From an uncultured Erysipelotrichaceae bacterium (GTDB lineage: Bacteria > Bacillota_I > Bacilli_A > RFN20 > CAG-826), in the NCBI GenBank assembly GCA_902773005.1, contig CACYCS010000004.1, forward strand, positions 9,378-73,377: a stretch of 64,000 nt of DNA. The letters are read 5' to 3'. Under the pieces are notes generated by a model. It did not search any database. It was not told the DNA's origin and saw only the letters and a list, made by a program, of their open reading frames with translations. The translations under genes were made by a program, and so were the position numbers. Positions 28,808 to 38,451 of the stretch are shown in pieces. Each line of letters opens with the position of its first letter. The stretch's first letter is position 1.

Positions 28808-30359
28808 TGTTCTGCTGCGCCTCCTTTCGGTGACTTGGCAAGAAGGAAGACACGAGCTTTTCCTTCAAGAGCAATAGACCGATGACGTAGATGATGGCGT
28901 CCCCTGCGACACAGATAAGAAGATCAAGAATATAGCCGATCCAAAGGGTATCGCCGCTAAAGGGAAGCGCCTTAAGAATCACCGGGCTAAGGAAGAACGT
29001 CAAAATACCAATTACGAGACCCATGGCAATGATTTTGAGGTTATTCCAATTGAATATGGCACTTCTTGAGTATTGCCAGGATTTCCAAATCAAGAAAGCC
29101 ACAAGGACGACGTCCGTTGATCCCGTCGCGATGGCTACGCCTACGGCAGGGTGCTCGGGGAAGGCGAATATCCCAAGAAGCAACGACAACGTCACATTGC
29201 AAACTACCCCGATGAGCATCGCGTAGAGGTAGATTTTCTCGCGCTTCATCGGGAGCAAGATTTCGGTATAGATGTTGTCGCAGATGGAGTAGGTGAGCAT
29301 CATGATCGAAAGAATCGGAAGGACCAGGTTTGCGTCTTTGTAGGTGGCCGTGAAGTCAGAACCGGAAATCAATGACGTCACCGGCGTCGCCAAAGTCGAC
29401 ATGGTCGCGATCGCCGGAACCGCGATGAAGAAAGTGATGTTCAGCGAATAGTTGATTAGATTCTGGAAGAAGCGCTTGTCCGCCTTCTCATAGTAATAGG
29501 ATGCCCTAGGCATGAACACCATATATAAAGAGGTGATTAAGGTAATCACGATATCGATGCCTTTCACGCCGACGGAATAGGCGCCAACGGAGGCTTTTGT
29601 TGGGTCAATAAAGCCGAGCAGGAACTCATCGGTTTGGTTATAAAGGGTCAGCGAGAAACTGATCAAAGCCATCGTGACCAGCGTTTTGAGGAGTGGCCTG
29701 AAGTTATATGGTGCGGTCTTTTTAAAACTCACGTACCGCGGCAACAATATGGAATTTGACACCGCGGTGATGATCGTTCCCGAAATCGCGATCAACGCAT
29801 AGATATAGAGGTAATCCTCGTGATAGCTGCTGTCTTTGACGAATAGGAACGTCATCATTGCAGCGAACGCCGTGGCGAGGATCGTCCTGACCGTGATGTA
29901 GAAATGCTTCTCCAAAGCAATGTAGACCCACTCAAACGCGAAAGCGCCGACCAAGAAATTGATGGAAAGCAGGAAGATGATTTCTTTTGCCGTATACAAA
30001 TCAGGAACCGAAAACACCGCGGCGCACATAAGCGCAAAGCTAATGACGGTCATGATGGCTTGCAACAAGAAGAATTCCTGCACCTTATGGCTAAATGCCA
30101 CGGGGTCATCCTTGACCTTCGCGCATTCCCTGATCGCAAGATTAGGAATCGAGATTTTGGATAGAATCACGAAGTAATAGACAAAGGTATTCGCCCAGGT
30201 ATATAGGCCGAATGCCTGGTCAGAAAGGACCCTTGCCACATATGGGAAGGTGATGAACGAAAGGATCGTCATCGTCAAGGTGCGTATCAAATTGATGACG
30301 ACGTTCGCCCTAACCGTATAGGCGAGGTTCGTATTTTGGGTCTTCGCGGTTTCGGCCAT
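28800..30359 (-). CDS. Polysaccharide flippase (Wzx/MOP family)
   Basis: ITFPYVARVL, YFVILSKISIP, LYNQTD..LG, VGAYSVG; about 14 TM. Confidence 0.88.
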   Translation of the reverse strand: MAETAKTQNTNLAYTVRANVVINLIRTLTMTILSFITFPYVARVLSDQAFGLYTWANTFVYYFVILSKISIPNLAIRECAKVKDDPVAFSHKVQEFFLLQAIMTVISFALMCAAVFSVPDLYTAKEIIFLLSINFLVGAFAFEWVYIALEKHFYITVRTILATAFAAMMTFLFVKDSSYHEDYLYIYALIAISGTIITAVSNSILLPRYVSFKKTAPYNFRPLLKTLVTMALISFSLTLYNQTDEFLLGFIDPTKASVGAYSVGVKGIDIVITLITSLYMVFMPRASYYYEKADKRFFQNLINYSLNITFFIAVPAIATMSTLATPVTSLISGSDFTATYKDANLVLPILSIMMLTYSICDNIYTEILLPMKREKIYLYAMLIGVVCNVTLSLLLGIFAFPEHPAVGVAIATGSTDVVLVAFLIWKSWQYSRSAIFNWNNLKIIAMGLVIGILTFFLSPVILKALPFSGDTLWIGYILDLLICVAGDAIIYVIGLLLLKEKLVSSFLPSHRKEAQQNNG

Positions 30360-30543
30360 AAACTAGGATATTATAATCCTTAGTTTAAGTTTTTCGAGCC
30401 GTGGGCAATTTTATGACGGCCTCTTCGTCGTTAGTCAAGGAAAATAAGCGATACGTGTATGCGTTTTTGCCTGATGCAAACCACATTGGATACGCATGAT
30501 CTTCTATCGTTCTTCGATCGTGCGTGCGATAATACCAGCCGAG

Positions 30544-31740
30544 ATGAAAATCCTTGTCGTTTGTCAGTTCTATTATCCGGAGACGTTTTCGATTACTTCA
30601 ATCTGCGAAGGCTGGGCCAAACAAGGCCATGATGTCCAAGTCGTAACGGGCCTTCCAAATTATGGCTTCGATCGGATCCTACAAGGCTATGAGAACATCC
30701 ATGACGAGGTAATCAATGGAGTTCGCGTTCATCGCTGCAAGTTGTATCCCCGTGGCAAATCGAGGATGTCCATCATCAAGAATTACTTGTCGTTTTGGAA
30801 AAGCAGCAAGAAGTATATCCGCCATATGAAGGAGGAATTCGACGTCGTTTACTCGATGTCGCTGTCCCCAATCATCTCCGTCGTAGGCGCGAACATCTAT
30901 GCCAAGAAGCATCATGTTCCCCATGTGCTGCATTGCCTAGACCTATGGCCGGAATCGACTGTAGTGACGCATGCCATCAAAAAGGAAAGTCTGCTTTATC
31001 GAGTGCTCTTCGTATGGAGCAAGTCGATCTACAAGAAAGCGGACAAGATATTGATCTCCTCCCCATCGTTCAAGGACTACTTCAGCGATGTGCTGAAACT
31101 CGATACATCAAATATCGTTGAGGCGTATCAACCGCCTTTGATCGTTCCCCAAAAAGGCGAGGATATCAAATACGACCACGCATACAACATCGTCTATGCT
31201 GGCAACATCGGTTCGATCCAAATGGTCGAAGAACTCACAAAAGCCATGGTGACCGCATCCAAAGAATGCGATGTCGCACTTCACCTTATCGGCATGGGCG
31301 CAAAGCAAAACGAAGTGCAAAACATTGTCCAAGAGAATCACCTAGAAGATCGCGTTTTCTATTACGGTCCGAAAGCCAGGGCAATCACGACGGCATACTT
31401 CAAGAATGCCACCGCGCTTGTCGTGACCCTCCGCGAAGGCGGTTTCGTTGGAAGAACCATTCCGAATAAACTCACTAGCTCCCTTCATTATGGGCGTCCG
31501 ATTTTGGCCTGCATCACCGGTGATGGACGCAAGGTATTGGAAGAATCGCAGGGTGCCGTATTCGCTGAAAATGAGACCGCTGAGGGCCTATCCGATGCGA
31601 TTATTAGGCTATGCAAAATGAGTGAAAATGAGCGGAATACTCTTGGTAAAAATAACGAAAAATATTTTGAAGAGCGCTACGCTTTCGATAAATTACTAGA
31701 TAGGATTACTTCCGAATTAGAGTCTGCAAAAAAGAGGTAA
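30544..31740 (+). CDS. GT4 glycosyltransferase (WbuB-like)
   Basis: MKILVVCQFYYPE, VTGLPNY, DLWPES, YAGNIG, TIPNKL. Confidence 0.9.
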   Translation: MKILVVCQFYYPETFSITSICEGWAKQGHDVQVVTGLPNYGFDRILQGYENIHDEVINGVRVHRCKLYPRGKSRMSIIKNYLSFWKSSKKYIRHMKEEFDVVYSMSLSPIISVVGANIYAKKHHVPHVLHCLDLWPESTVVTHAIKKESLLYRVLFVWSKSIYKKADKILISSPSFKDYFSDVLKLDTSNIVEAYQPPLIVPQKGEDIKYDHAYNIVYAGNIGSIQMVEELTKAMVTASKECDVALHLIGMGAKQNEVQNIVQENHLEDRVFYYGPKARAITTAYFKNATALVVTLREGGFVGRTIPNKLTSSLHYGRPILACITGDGRKVLEESQGAVFAENETAEGLSDAIIRLCKMSENERNTLGKNNEKYFEERYAFDKLLDRITSELESAKKR

Positions 31741-32827
31741 AATCTTCGCCGATTGCCTTAAAACCTAGAACTGACGCGAGTTTCTTGGCCGCGCAGTTTT
31801 CTTTTAAGCCCATTAATTTGCCATTTTTATCTAGGTGATCAGCAAGGAATTTCGTAAGCTCCGCCCCGTCTTCGATCCAGTTGACGTCGTCCGGATAGGC
31901 CTTCTTCAGGTCTTCCGACTTCGTGGAGACGATTGGATTTCCTGTGGCAAGGTATTCGATGACTTTTGACGGAATCGATACATCATCGAGGTCTTTTCGA
32001 TAAAGCCTTGGATTGATTAAAAGTGATGCACCGCACTCGAGATCCCAATTTTCTTCCTTGCTGATTTGGCCAAGGAAGTGGATTCTCGGATTGGCATTGC
32101 TAGCCTCCTTGGCCTCTTTCTCATAAGCCCCATGCCCTGCAATGACTAAATCGTAGTCAGGCTTAAGGGCGTTGTATGCATCGATCATCGCTTTGGTGCC
32201 GTCTTTGATAAACAGGGCTCCGCCATAATAGAAATATGGTGCGCGGCCTATACTTTCCTTTTTCTCCGGGAACTCCGCGACGCCCATCCTTATTAATGAA
32301 GGCGCGCCGCGTTTATTAAACAACTTGTTCAGCCCTTCCGTTAGGCAGAAGTAACCATCGCAATTTGAGGAAAGCGAAACCAGGAGGTCAGAGTAGGACT
32401 TTTTGGTTCCCGTCAGATTGTAGGGGCTGTCGGTGCAGATCGCGACGAGCTTTGCGCCTGTTGCCTTGGCCGCCTTTTTCGCCGCTTTGGCCAATGTGAT
32501 GCTCAAAGAGTCATAGATAACGATATCGACCGGAGTGGCGACCTGCTTGGCGGTTCTTCCAGGGGCCAAGATGGCGCGGGCGATTTTGTTGTTTCCCGAG
32601 TCTACATAACGATAAGTGAGACCGTTTTCGTTACGTTCTCCTTCTGAAATTAAGCCTTCACGATTCGGAATGAGCGAGATGACCTGAACTTCTGCAAAAG
32701 GAGCGATGGCGTTTATCAACCTGCCATGAAAGTTTTGACCTGCTGGGTTGGGCTTGGTGGCCGCTTTCGCTTCGAGAAGCTGGAAATCCTTCGGCAATAT
32801 GTGACTTGTGAAATAAGCGATTCTCAT
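31706..32827 (-). CDS. Glycosyltransferase (GT-B/GT4-like)
   Basis: YYGGAL, IAGHG, LLINPR, PSKVIEYLATGNPIVST. Confidence 0.85.
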   Translation of the reverse strand: MRIAYFTSHILPKDFQLLEAKAATKPNPAGQNFHGRLINAIAPFAEVQVISLIPNREGLISEGERNENGLTYRYVDSGNNKIARAILAPGRTAKQVATPVDIVIYDSLSITLAKAAKKAAKATGAKLVAICTDSPYNLTGTKKSYSDLLVSLSSNCDGYFCLTEGLNKLFNKRGAPSLIRMGVAEFPEKKESIGRAPYFYYGGALFIKDGTKAMIDAYNALKPDYDLVIAGHGAYEKEAKEASNANPRIHFLGQISKEENWDLECGASLLINPRLYRKDLDDVSIPSKVIEYLATGNPIVSTKSEDLKKAYPDDVNWIEDGAELTKFLADHLDKNGKLMGLKENCAAKKLASVLGFKAIGEDFTSFLQTLIRK

Positions 32828-33921
32828 TGCTTTAGGTATTCCTCAAAGAAGCGAAGGTGAAACTCCGCGGTTTTCTCGATTGTATTCTCGCGCGCCGTGG
32901 CGAGCGCTCCCTCCGCTAGTTTAGGATCAAGGGAGTTTTCTATGGCTTTCACGATACCTTCTTTGTCGCCAAGCTTCACAAGGTATCCGTTGTAGCCGTC
33001 TTTGATGAGGTTTGACCCCGCGTTAACGCATTCTGGGCAAACGACCGGTAGCCCTTGGCTCATCGCTTCGTTGATGACGTGCCCATAGATATCCTCTTTG
33101 GACAAGAAGACGAATGAATCCGCGCCGCGGAAACAAGTAAGCATATCCTTATGGTTTAGATAGCCCATTAGATGAACGTTAGGCAGGCCTAATGATTCGA
33201 TTTGCTTCAATAGGCTTTCCTTTAATGGGCCATCTCCAGCGATATATAGGTGATAATCTTGCGGAAGCGAAGCCCACGCATCGATCAGTTCTGAGAAGTT
33301 TTTCCGTTCAATCAGCTGGCCTGAAGAAATGAACGTTTTGCTTCCGACCATTCTGAATTTAGTTTTCGTAGCTTCTTTCTGCGACTTGGTATATGGAGCA
33401 AGCAATACTTGGTCTTCGAAGACCGTGGAGTAGGGGAAATAATGGATTTTGGATTCATCCGCTCCGTAATGGGTCAGATATTTGCCTGAACGAAGATCGG
33501 GTGCCAAGTATGATTTTGCCCCGGGGATGTATTTCTTCTTGAGGTATTTTTTGATGAAGTTGTCCTTTGCCGGGACGATTCCTCCGTTGATTGCGAACAC
33601 GTAAGGGATCTTGTGCCTTCTGCAATAACGAATCACAACCCGTTCGGCATACATTCTCCAACCATTGATGACGACGATGTCGAATTGGTCGGACTTCAAT
33701 ATTTTTAGGGGCTCCCTAGTGAAACTATTCAAAGTGCCTAGCTTGATGGAATTACAGACATGGGCTTTGAATCCCGTTGCTTTCTCAGAATAGAAAGTAG
33801 CATTCCTATCTCCTTCTGAAGCGCGTTCAAAAACAACCGTCAGGTCAATCGACTGTCCTAGCAAATTGAAAAGGTCGACCTTGTAAGGCGCTGGATGGTT
33901 AAAGAGCCAGTAGACTTTCAT
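32824..33921 (-). CDS. GT4 glycosyltransferase
   Basis: NHPAPYK, GQLIERKN, AGDGP, EDIYGHVINEAMSQGLPVV. Confidence 0.9.
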   Translation of the reverse strand: MKVYWLFNHPAPYKVDLFNLLGQSIDLTVVFERASEGDRNATFYSEKATGFKAHVCNSIKLGTLNSFTREPLKILKSDQFDIVVINGWRMYAERVVIRYCRRHKIPYVFAINGGIVPAKDNFIKKYLKKKYIPGAKSYLAPDLRSGKYLTHYGADESKIHYFPYSTVFEDQVLLAPYTKSQKEATKTKFRMVGSKTFISSGQLIERKNFSELIDAWASLPQDYHLYIAGDGPLKESLLKQIESLGLPNVHLMGYLNHKDMLTCFRGADSFVFLSKEDIYGHVINEAMSQGLPVVCPECVNAGSNLIKDGYNGYLVKLGDKEGIVKAIENSLDPKLAEGALATARENTIEKTAEFHLRFFEEYLKQ

Positions 33922-33981
33922 CGCGGATATTCTACTCTCAAAATGAGGAAACCCCTAAACCAAGATGGTAAGATAGTCTCC

Positions 33982-34647
33982 ATGATAGCTTCTTGGAAAG
34001 AATTCTTCGACTACGTGAAGAGCGAGCCTTATTCCGCTAGTCTCCATCAATTTCTGGATTACGAGTATTCTCATGGGACGGTTTATCCACCCCGTGACAT
34101 GGTTTTTCAGGCGTTTAAACTGACCGATCCCAAAGATTTGAAGGTCGTGATCATTGGGCAAGATCCTTATCACGAACCGAATCAGGCAATGGGGCTATCC
34201 TTCTCCGTTCCAAAAGGAGTTCCTCTTCCTCCCTCCCTAATCAATATATATAAGGAGATTGAGAACGACATCGGCTGCAAGATGGATTTCACTTCAGGTG
34301 ATCTAACCTGTTGGGCAAAGCAAGGCGTCCTGCTTCTCAACGCATACTTAAGCGTGCGCGCCTCGAGCCCGCTTTCTCATAGGCGCGAGGAGTATGAGAA
34401 GTTCATTTTTGACTGCATGGATTATTTGGATTCCTTAGACCAGCCGATCGTGTTCTTACTTTGGGGTGGATTTGCGAAGCGCTACATTGCGAAAATCCAT
34501 AATCCCGCCCACGCAGTGCTTACCTCTGTTCATCCGTCTCCATTATCCGCAAACCGCGGAGGGTGGTTCGGGAATCATCATTTTTCCAAGTGTAATAGCT
34601 ATCTCTCTAGCCATGGCGTCACACCGATAACTTGGCAAAATATTTGA
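33982..34647 (+). CDS. ung: Uracil-DNA glycosylase family 1
   Basis: VVIIGQDPYH, GLSFSV, PPSLINIYKE, VLLLN, HPSPLS. Confidence 0.96.
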   Translation: MIASWKEFFDYVKSEPYSASLHQFLDYEYSHGTVYPPRDMVFQAFKLTDPKDLKVVIIGQDPYHEPNQAMGLSFSVPKGVPLPPSLINIYKEIENDIGCKMDFTSGDLTCWAKQGVLLLNAYLSVRASSPLSHRREEYEKFIFDCMDYLDSLDQPIVFLLWGGFAKRYIAKIHNPAHAVLTSVHPSPLSANRGGWFGNHHFSKCNSYLSSHGVTPITWQNI

Positions 34648-34711
34648 GATTTGCGGAAAAACATTGTTTTCTAAATCGAAATTGCGCGCTTTTTTCGGTT
34701 GTATGTCTCCC

Positions 34712-34739
34712 TTGACTTACAGGTCTTCCTCGCTAGACT
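34712..34739 (+). promoter_or_regulatory. Sigma-A type promoter of the TPP riboswitch transcript
   Basis: TTGACT-16 nt-TAGACT directly before the aptamer. Confidence 0.7.
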
Positions 34740-34743
34740 TATA

Positions 34744-34833
34744 TGCGACCGGAGCTGATTCGAATCGGCTGAGAGGAACCGTGTGACGGTTCGACGGATG
34801 TACCTGATCCCGATAATGCGGGCGTAGGCAAGA
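34744..34833 (+). ncRNA. TPP riboswitch
   Basis: Conserved GCTGAGA and ACCTGATCCCGATAATGCGGGCGTAGG motifs, paired P2/P3 stems, upstream of thiT. Confidence 0.92.
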
Positions 34834-34879
34834 ACAAAATCATTTTGCCTTCAGGTACCTATGCTTGGAGGCATTTTCT

Positions 34880-35944
34880 ATGGAGAAAGAAAAAGGGTTT
34901 CGCGCTTGGGGCTGGATTGGCTCCATTGTCGCGGCAGTGGGCGCCGTCCTATTTATGCTCGCCCCTGTTATCAATTTCGAAACGAAGTATTACGTAGGTG
35001 AAGAAAAGATAAAGAACTATTTCACGGTGACCCTTGGAGGGATGTTTGATAGTAGCGTGACCCGCCCATGGATCATGACCGTTATCCTTGTCTTAATTGG
35101 ATTGAGCGTCCTTTTCATCGCTTTGTCTGGAATCCTCAAGATCAAAGGCAAGAACGCTAAGCTTGCGTCAAATTTCGCGGCCGCATCTGCTTTTGGCTTC
35201 GCAATTGCTCTGTGCTTTATCTTTGCTTCGAAAGAGATCTTCACCTACTATGCGGATGGCTTGATCGAGAACTTCAACGGAGCTTCCCTTGGCTGGGGCT
35301 CGGCTGCTAGCATGGTTCTAATCGCAATCGCGATGATGCTATCCCTTACTTCGTCTTCCTATGGCGAAACCGATAGCGTCCGCACCATCGCGGAAGACGG
35401 CATCTTCATCGCCGCCGCCTTCGTCCTCTCTTACATTAAGATTCCTATGCAAACCAATGGAGGGTCGGTCAATTTCCAGATGCTTCCATTGATGCTTATC
35501 GCCCTTCGTCGTGGACCGCTCCATGGCTTTGTCGCAAGCGGCCTAGTCTATGGCTTGCTCACCTGCCTTACCGATGGATATGGATTCGCGACCTATCCAT
35601 TCGATTACTTGATCGGCTTTGGATCGGCTGGAGTCATTGGCTTCTTCTCACCCCTTATTCTCGGCGTAAAGCAAGAAAACTATAACTGGAAGGGCGTTCT
35701 TTGGATCGTTGTCGGCGGCGTCGCCTCGACCGCTGTTCGCTTCATTGGAAGCACCGCCTCGTCCATGATCATCTACGATTATCCCTTTGATGCCGCTTGC
35801 ATTTACAACGCGATTTACATCCCTGTTTCCGGTGCGATTTCGGTTGCCGTGCTCCTCGCTCTTTATGGTCCGTTGCTCCGCATTAACCGCATGTTCCCGG
35901 CCAACAAGAAGAGGCTTGGAAGCACCGCTGCGCAAGAAGAGTAA
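34880..35944 (+). CDS. thiT: ECF thiamine S-component ThiT with N-terminal 4-TM extension
   Basis: C-terminal half GGSVNFQMLPLMLIALRRG..GF..GLVYGLL...FDYLIGF...RF; downstream of the TPP riboswitch. Confidence 0.85.
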   Translation: MEKEKGFRAWGWIGSIVAAVGAVLFMLAPVINFETKYYVGEEKIKNYFTVTLGGMFDSSVTRPWIMTVILVLIGLSVLFIALSGILKIKGKNAKLASNFAAASAFGFAIALCFIFASKEIFTYYADGLIENFNGASLGWGSAASMVLIAIAMMLSLTSSSYGETDSVRTIAEDGIFIAAAFVLSYIKIPMQTNGGSVNFQMLPLMLIALRRGPLHGFVASGLVYGLLTCLTDGYGFATYPFDYLIGFGSAGVIGFFSPLILGVKQENYNWKGVLWIVVGGVASTAVRFIGSTASSMIIYDYPFDAACIYNAIYIPVSGAISVAVLLALYGPLLRINRMFPANKKRLGSTAAQEE

Positions 35945-36023
35945 CCCGTTTGCCAATAAAAAATACAAGTTATTTTTTCCTCCGCGTGTTATAGTCCTCT
36001 AGTCCCACTAGGAGGATTTACCC

Positions 36024-37217
36024 ATGGCAGAAGAAGAAAAGGTAGAGATTGTTCCCGAAGAAAAACCCGCCGAAGATCGCTTCGACGATGATTTCGTAGA
36101 CGATAAAGCCGCGGAAGCCCAAGCTGCGAAAGAAGCCGCAGCCGCTGCGGAAGCCGCCCAAAAAGCCGCCCAGGAAGAGCAAGAGAAGAAAGAGGAGATT
36201 GACCTTCATTACGTCGAGGAAGAAGAAGGCGCGGTCGCCGTCGATAATGCCCAGCCTGCCGAAAAGCCCGCCGAGCCACAAGCCGTTCGTCCTGAACCTG
36301 GCCCAGAGGGCCCCTATGGTGATGAACGGTTCCAGAAAATCGAAGATGCCCGCATCGGGCTTCAGAAGATCGTTAAGAAATGGGCCATTTGGAAGGTTGT
36401 CGTCGTTCTTGCTTTATTCGCGGATATCTTCTGCGCGTGGCTACTTCCCCGCAACTTGTTGGGCGATGATCAGCAGGTTGTCAAAGTCGTTATTGGCATC
36501 TCCTGCACCGTCGTTGGCCTAGTCGGTTATTTCCTCTTCCAATTCTTCAATAAAAAAGCCGAGAAAAAGGCGATGCGCGCCTTCGTCAAAGTGTTCTACG
36601 AAATGCAGAATGATTACGTTTTCGAAGACACGGGTGCCTCCAATTTCGTTGGAGACGTCGATTCGAAGGTCAGCAAAGAGGAATTCGCGGAGATGGATAT
36701 CTACCCGAATGTCTCGCAGATCGGATCTCGTTCGAACATGACGTTCACCTATAACGGAATGGACTGCGCCATTGCCGATCTCGCGGCTCAAAAAGACAAT
36801 GGCAAATACCTACAGACCATCTTCGTTGGCAAATATCTCCGCACCCACAACACCGCGACCGTCTCCGAAGAAGGCATCGCCATCTATTTCAAAGGCGGCG
36901 ACCGCGCCATTCCGCCGGAAGGCATCAAGAATCGCCCGATTATCGAAAACAACAAACGCTACATCATCGTCGGCTCAAACGCGGATAAGCATCTATTGAG
37001 TCCGAAGTTCCGCGCGGCGATGAAAGAGATCAGAACCGACAAGCTTCTCGTCGATGTCGCGATTCTCATCAAGCCTGGCAAAACCTATTGGGGCCTTGGC
37101 TATGAGGATACCTTGATGATTCTTCCTGATCGCAGCCGATTCAACCCGACCTATATTCAGGAATTCAAGGGACAGCTCAAGCAAATCCTTGATCTCGCGG
37201 CAATGCTGAACGAATAG
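36024..37217 (+). CDS. Hypothetical 2-TM protein with acidic N-terminus
   Basis: SD AGGAGG, 397-aa ORF, terminator follows. Confidence 0.8.
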   Translation: MAEEEKVEIVPEEKPAEDRFDDDFVDDKAAEAQAAKEAAAAAEAAQKAAQEEQEKKEEIDLHYVEEEEGAVAVDNAQPAEKPAEPQAVRPEPGPEGPYGDERFQKIEDARIGLQKIVKKWAIWKVVVVLALFADIFCAWLLPRNLLGDDQQVVKVVIGISCTVVGLVGYFLFQFFNKKAEKKAMRAFVKVFYEMQNDYVFEDTGASNFVGDVDSKVSKEEFAEMDIYPNVSQIGSRSNMTFTYNGMDCAIADLAAQKDNGKYLQTIFVGKYLRTHNTATVSEEGIAIYFKGGDRAIPPEGIKNRPIIENNKRYIIVGSNADKHLLSPKFRAAMKEIRTDKLLVDVAILIKPGKTYWGLGYEDTLMILPDRSRFNPTYIQEFKGQLKQILDLAAMLNE

Positions 37218-37230
37218 ATCCACATACAGT

Positions 37231-37267
37231 AAAATGGGAATCCATCACTAACTGGGTTCCCATTTTT
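37231..37267 (+). terminator. Rho-independent terminator
   Basis: aaaatgggaatcca / tgggttcccatttt. Confidence 0.75.
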
Positions 37268-37387
37268 ATCACACTCAAGCGCAAGAAATAGGTGCAAGGA
37301 ACTCGCATATCGGCAAACTCCTCGTTTCTTTATGCGCGCCCACGCACTATAATTTTTGCGAAGGGCAAAAGGCCCCGCTCCCTTTGT

Positions 37388-37966
37388 ATGGCATATAGTA
37401 ACGATCCAAGATTTCCGCGCTGGATCAAGGTCCAGGCGTACAAGCATGACGGCTTGCTGCATCGGCAATGGTCGCCAGCTTTTCTTGTTGAGGAAACCTC
37501 TGAATATTGGGCCCTCGCAAGCAAAACGAGCCTAGTCACCGAAGGCGACGGCCGCAAATGGATCACGAAGGAGAATGCGGTGTTCTTGCTTTTCAAGCAC
37601 CGCTGGATGAATGTGATCGCGATGTTCAAGGAAAATCGCGGCATCTGCTATTACGTGAACATCGCTACCCCAACCATATTGGACCACGGCTACCTCAAAT
37701 ACATCGATTACGACCTCGATATCAAACTTTATCCCGACCACATCGAGAAAACGCTCGATGAAAATGAGTACGCGCGCCACATCCAGACTTATGGCTACCC
37801 TCGCGACTTAAGCGCTGCGATTGAGCGCTCCGCCGAGGAAGTCAAAACCATGATCGCCGAAGGGAGATTCCCCTTCATCGATTCGGAGATCACCGATCTT
37901 TATCACAAGTTCCTCGACATGAATAAACCCTTCATCGGACGGGGAAATAACAATCAGAAGAGATAA
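37388..37966 (+). CDS. DUF402 / YgaC-like nucleoside tri-diphosphate phosphatase
   Basis: VQAYKHDG.LHRQW, EGDGRKWITKE, YYVNIATP, KYIDYDLDIK, LDENEY. Confidence 0.88.
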   Translation: MAYSNDPRFPRWIKVQAYKHDGLLHRQWSPAFLVEETSEYWALASKTSLVTEGDGRKWITKENAVFLLFKHRWMNVIAMFKENRGICYYVNIATPTILDHGYLKYIDYDLDIKLYPDHIEKTLDENEYARHIQTYGYPRDLSAAIERSAEEVKTMIAEGRFPFIDSEITDLYHKFLDMNKPFIGRGNNNQKR

Positions 37967-37968
37967 CC

Positions 37969-38451
37969 ATGGAAGCAAAGCTTCGTACGACGAAAAAAGA
38001 AGAGACCAAGTCCCTTGGCGCGTTTTGTGCCCGCTTCTTTAGGAGCGGGGACGTCGTTTTGCTAAAAGGCGACCTAGGCGCAGGCAAGACAACCTTCACC
38101 GGAGGCGTCGCAAAGGGTCTAGGCATCGAAGAAGATGTCATTTCGCCCACTTTCAACATCATGAAGTGCTATTTCAAGGGGAGCCTGCCGATGTATCACA
38201 TCGACGCGTATCGCCTTGAGAATCAGAACACGGAAATCGGCTTGGACGAATACATCGAAGGCGATGGGGTATGCCTCATCGAATGGCCGATGTACATCGA
38301 AAAGCTATTGCCTGACGAATTCTTGGAGATCTCGCTCCATAACGTAGGAGGCGACGAAAGGGAAATCGTTTTCCGTAGTGATTCGCCGCGCTTCGACGAA
38401 CTCATCAAATCGCTGCAAGAGGAGTTTTATGAAAATCGCATTGCTGCTTGA
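37969..38451 (+). CDS. tsaE: t6A biosynthesis ATPase TsaE
   Basis: GDLGAGKTTF, SPTF, YHIDAYRL, IEWP. Confidence 0.96.
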   Translation: MEAKLRTTKKEETKSLGAFCARFFRSGDVVLLKGDLGAGKTTFTGGVAKGLGIEEDVISPTFNIMKCYFKGSLPMYHIDAYRLENQNTEIGLDEYIEGDGVCLIEWPMYIEKLLPDEFLEISLHNVGGDEREIVFRSDSPRFDELIKSLQEEFYENRIAA

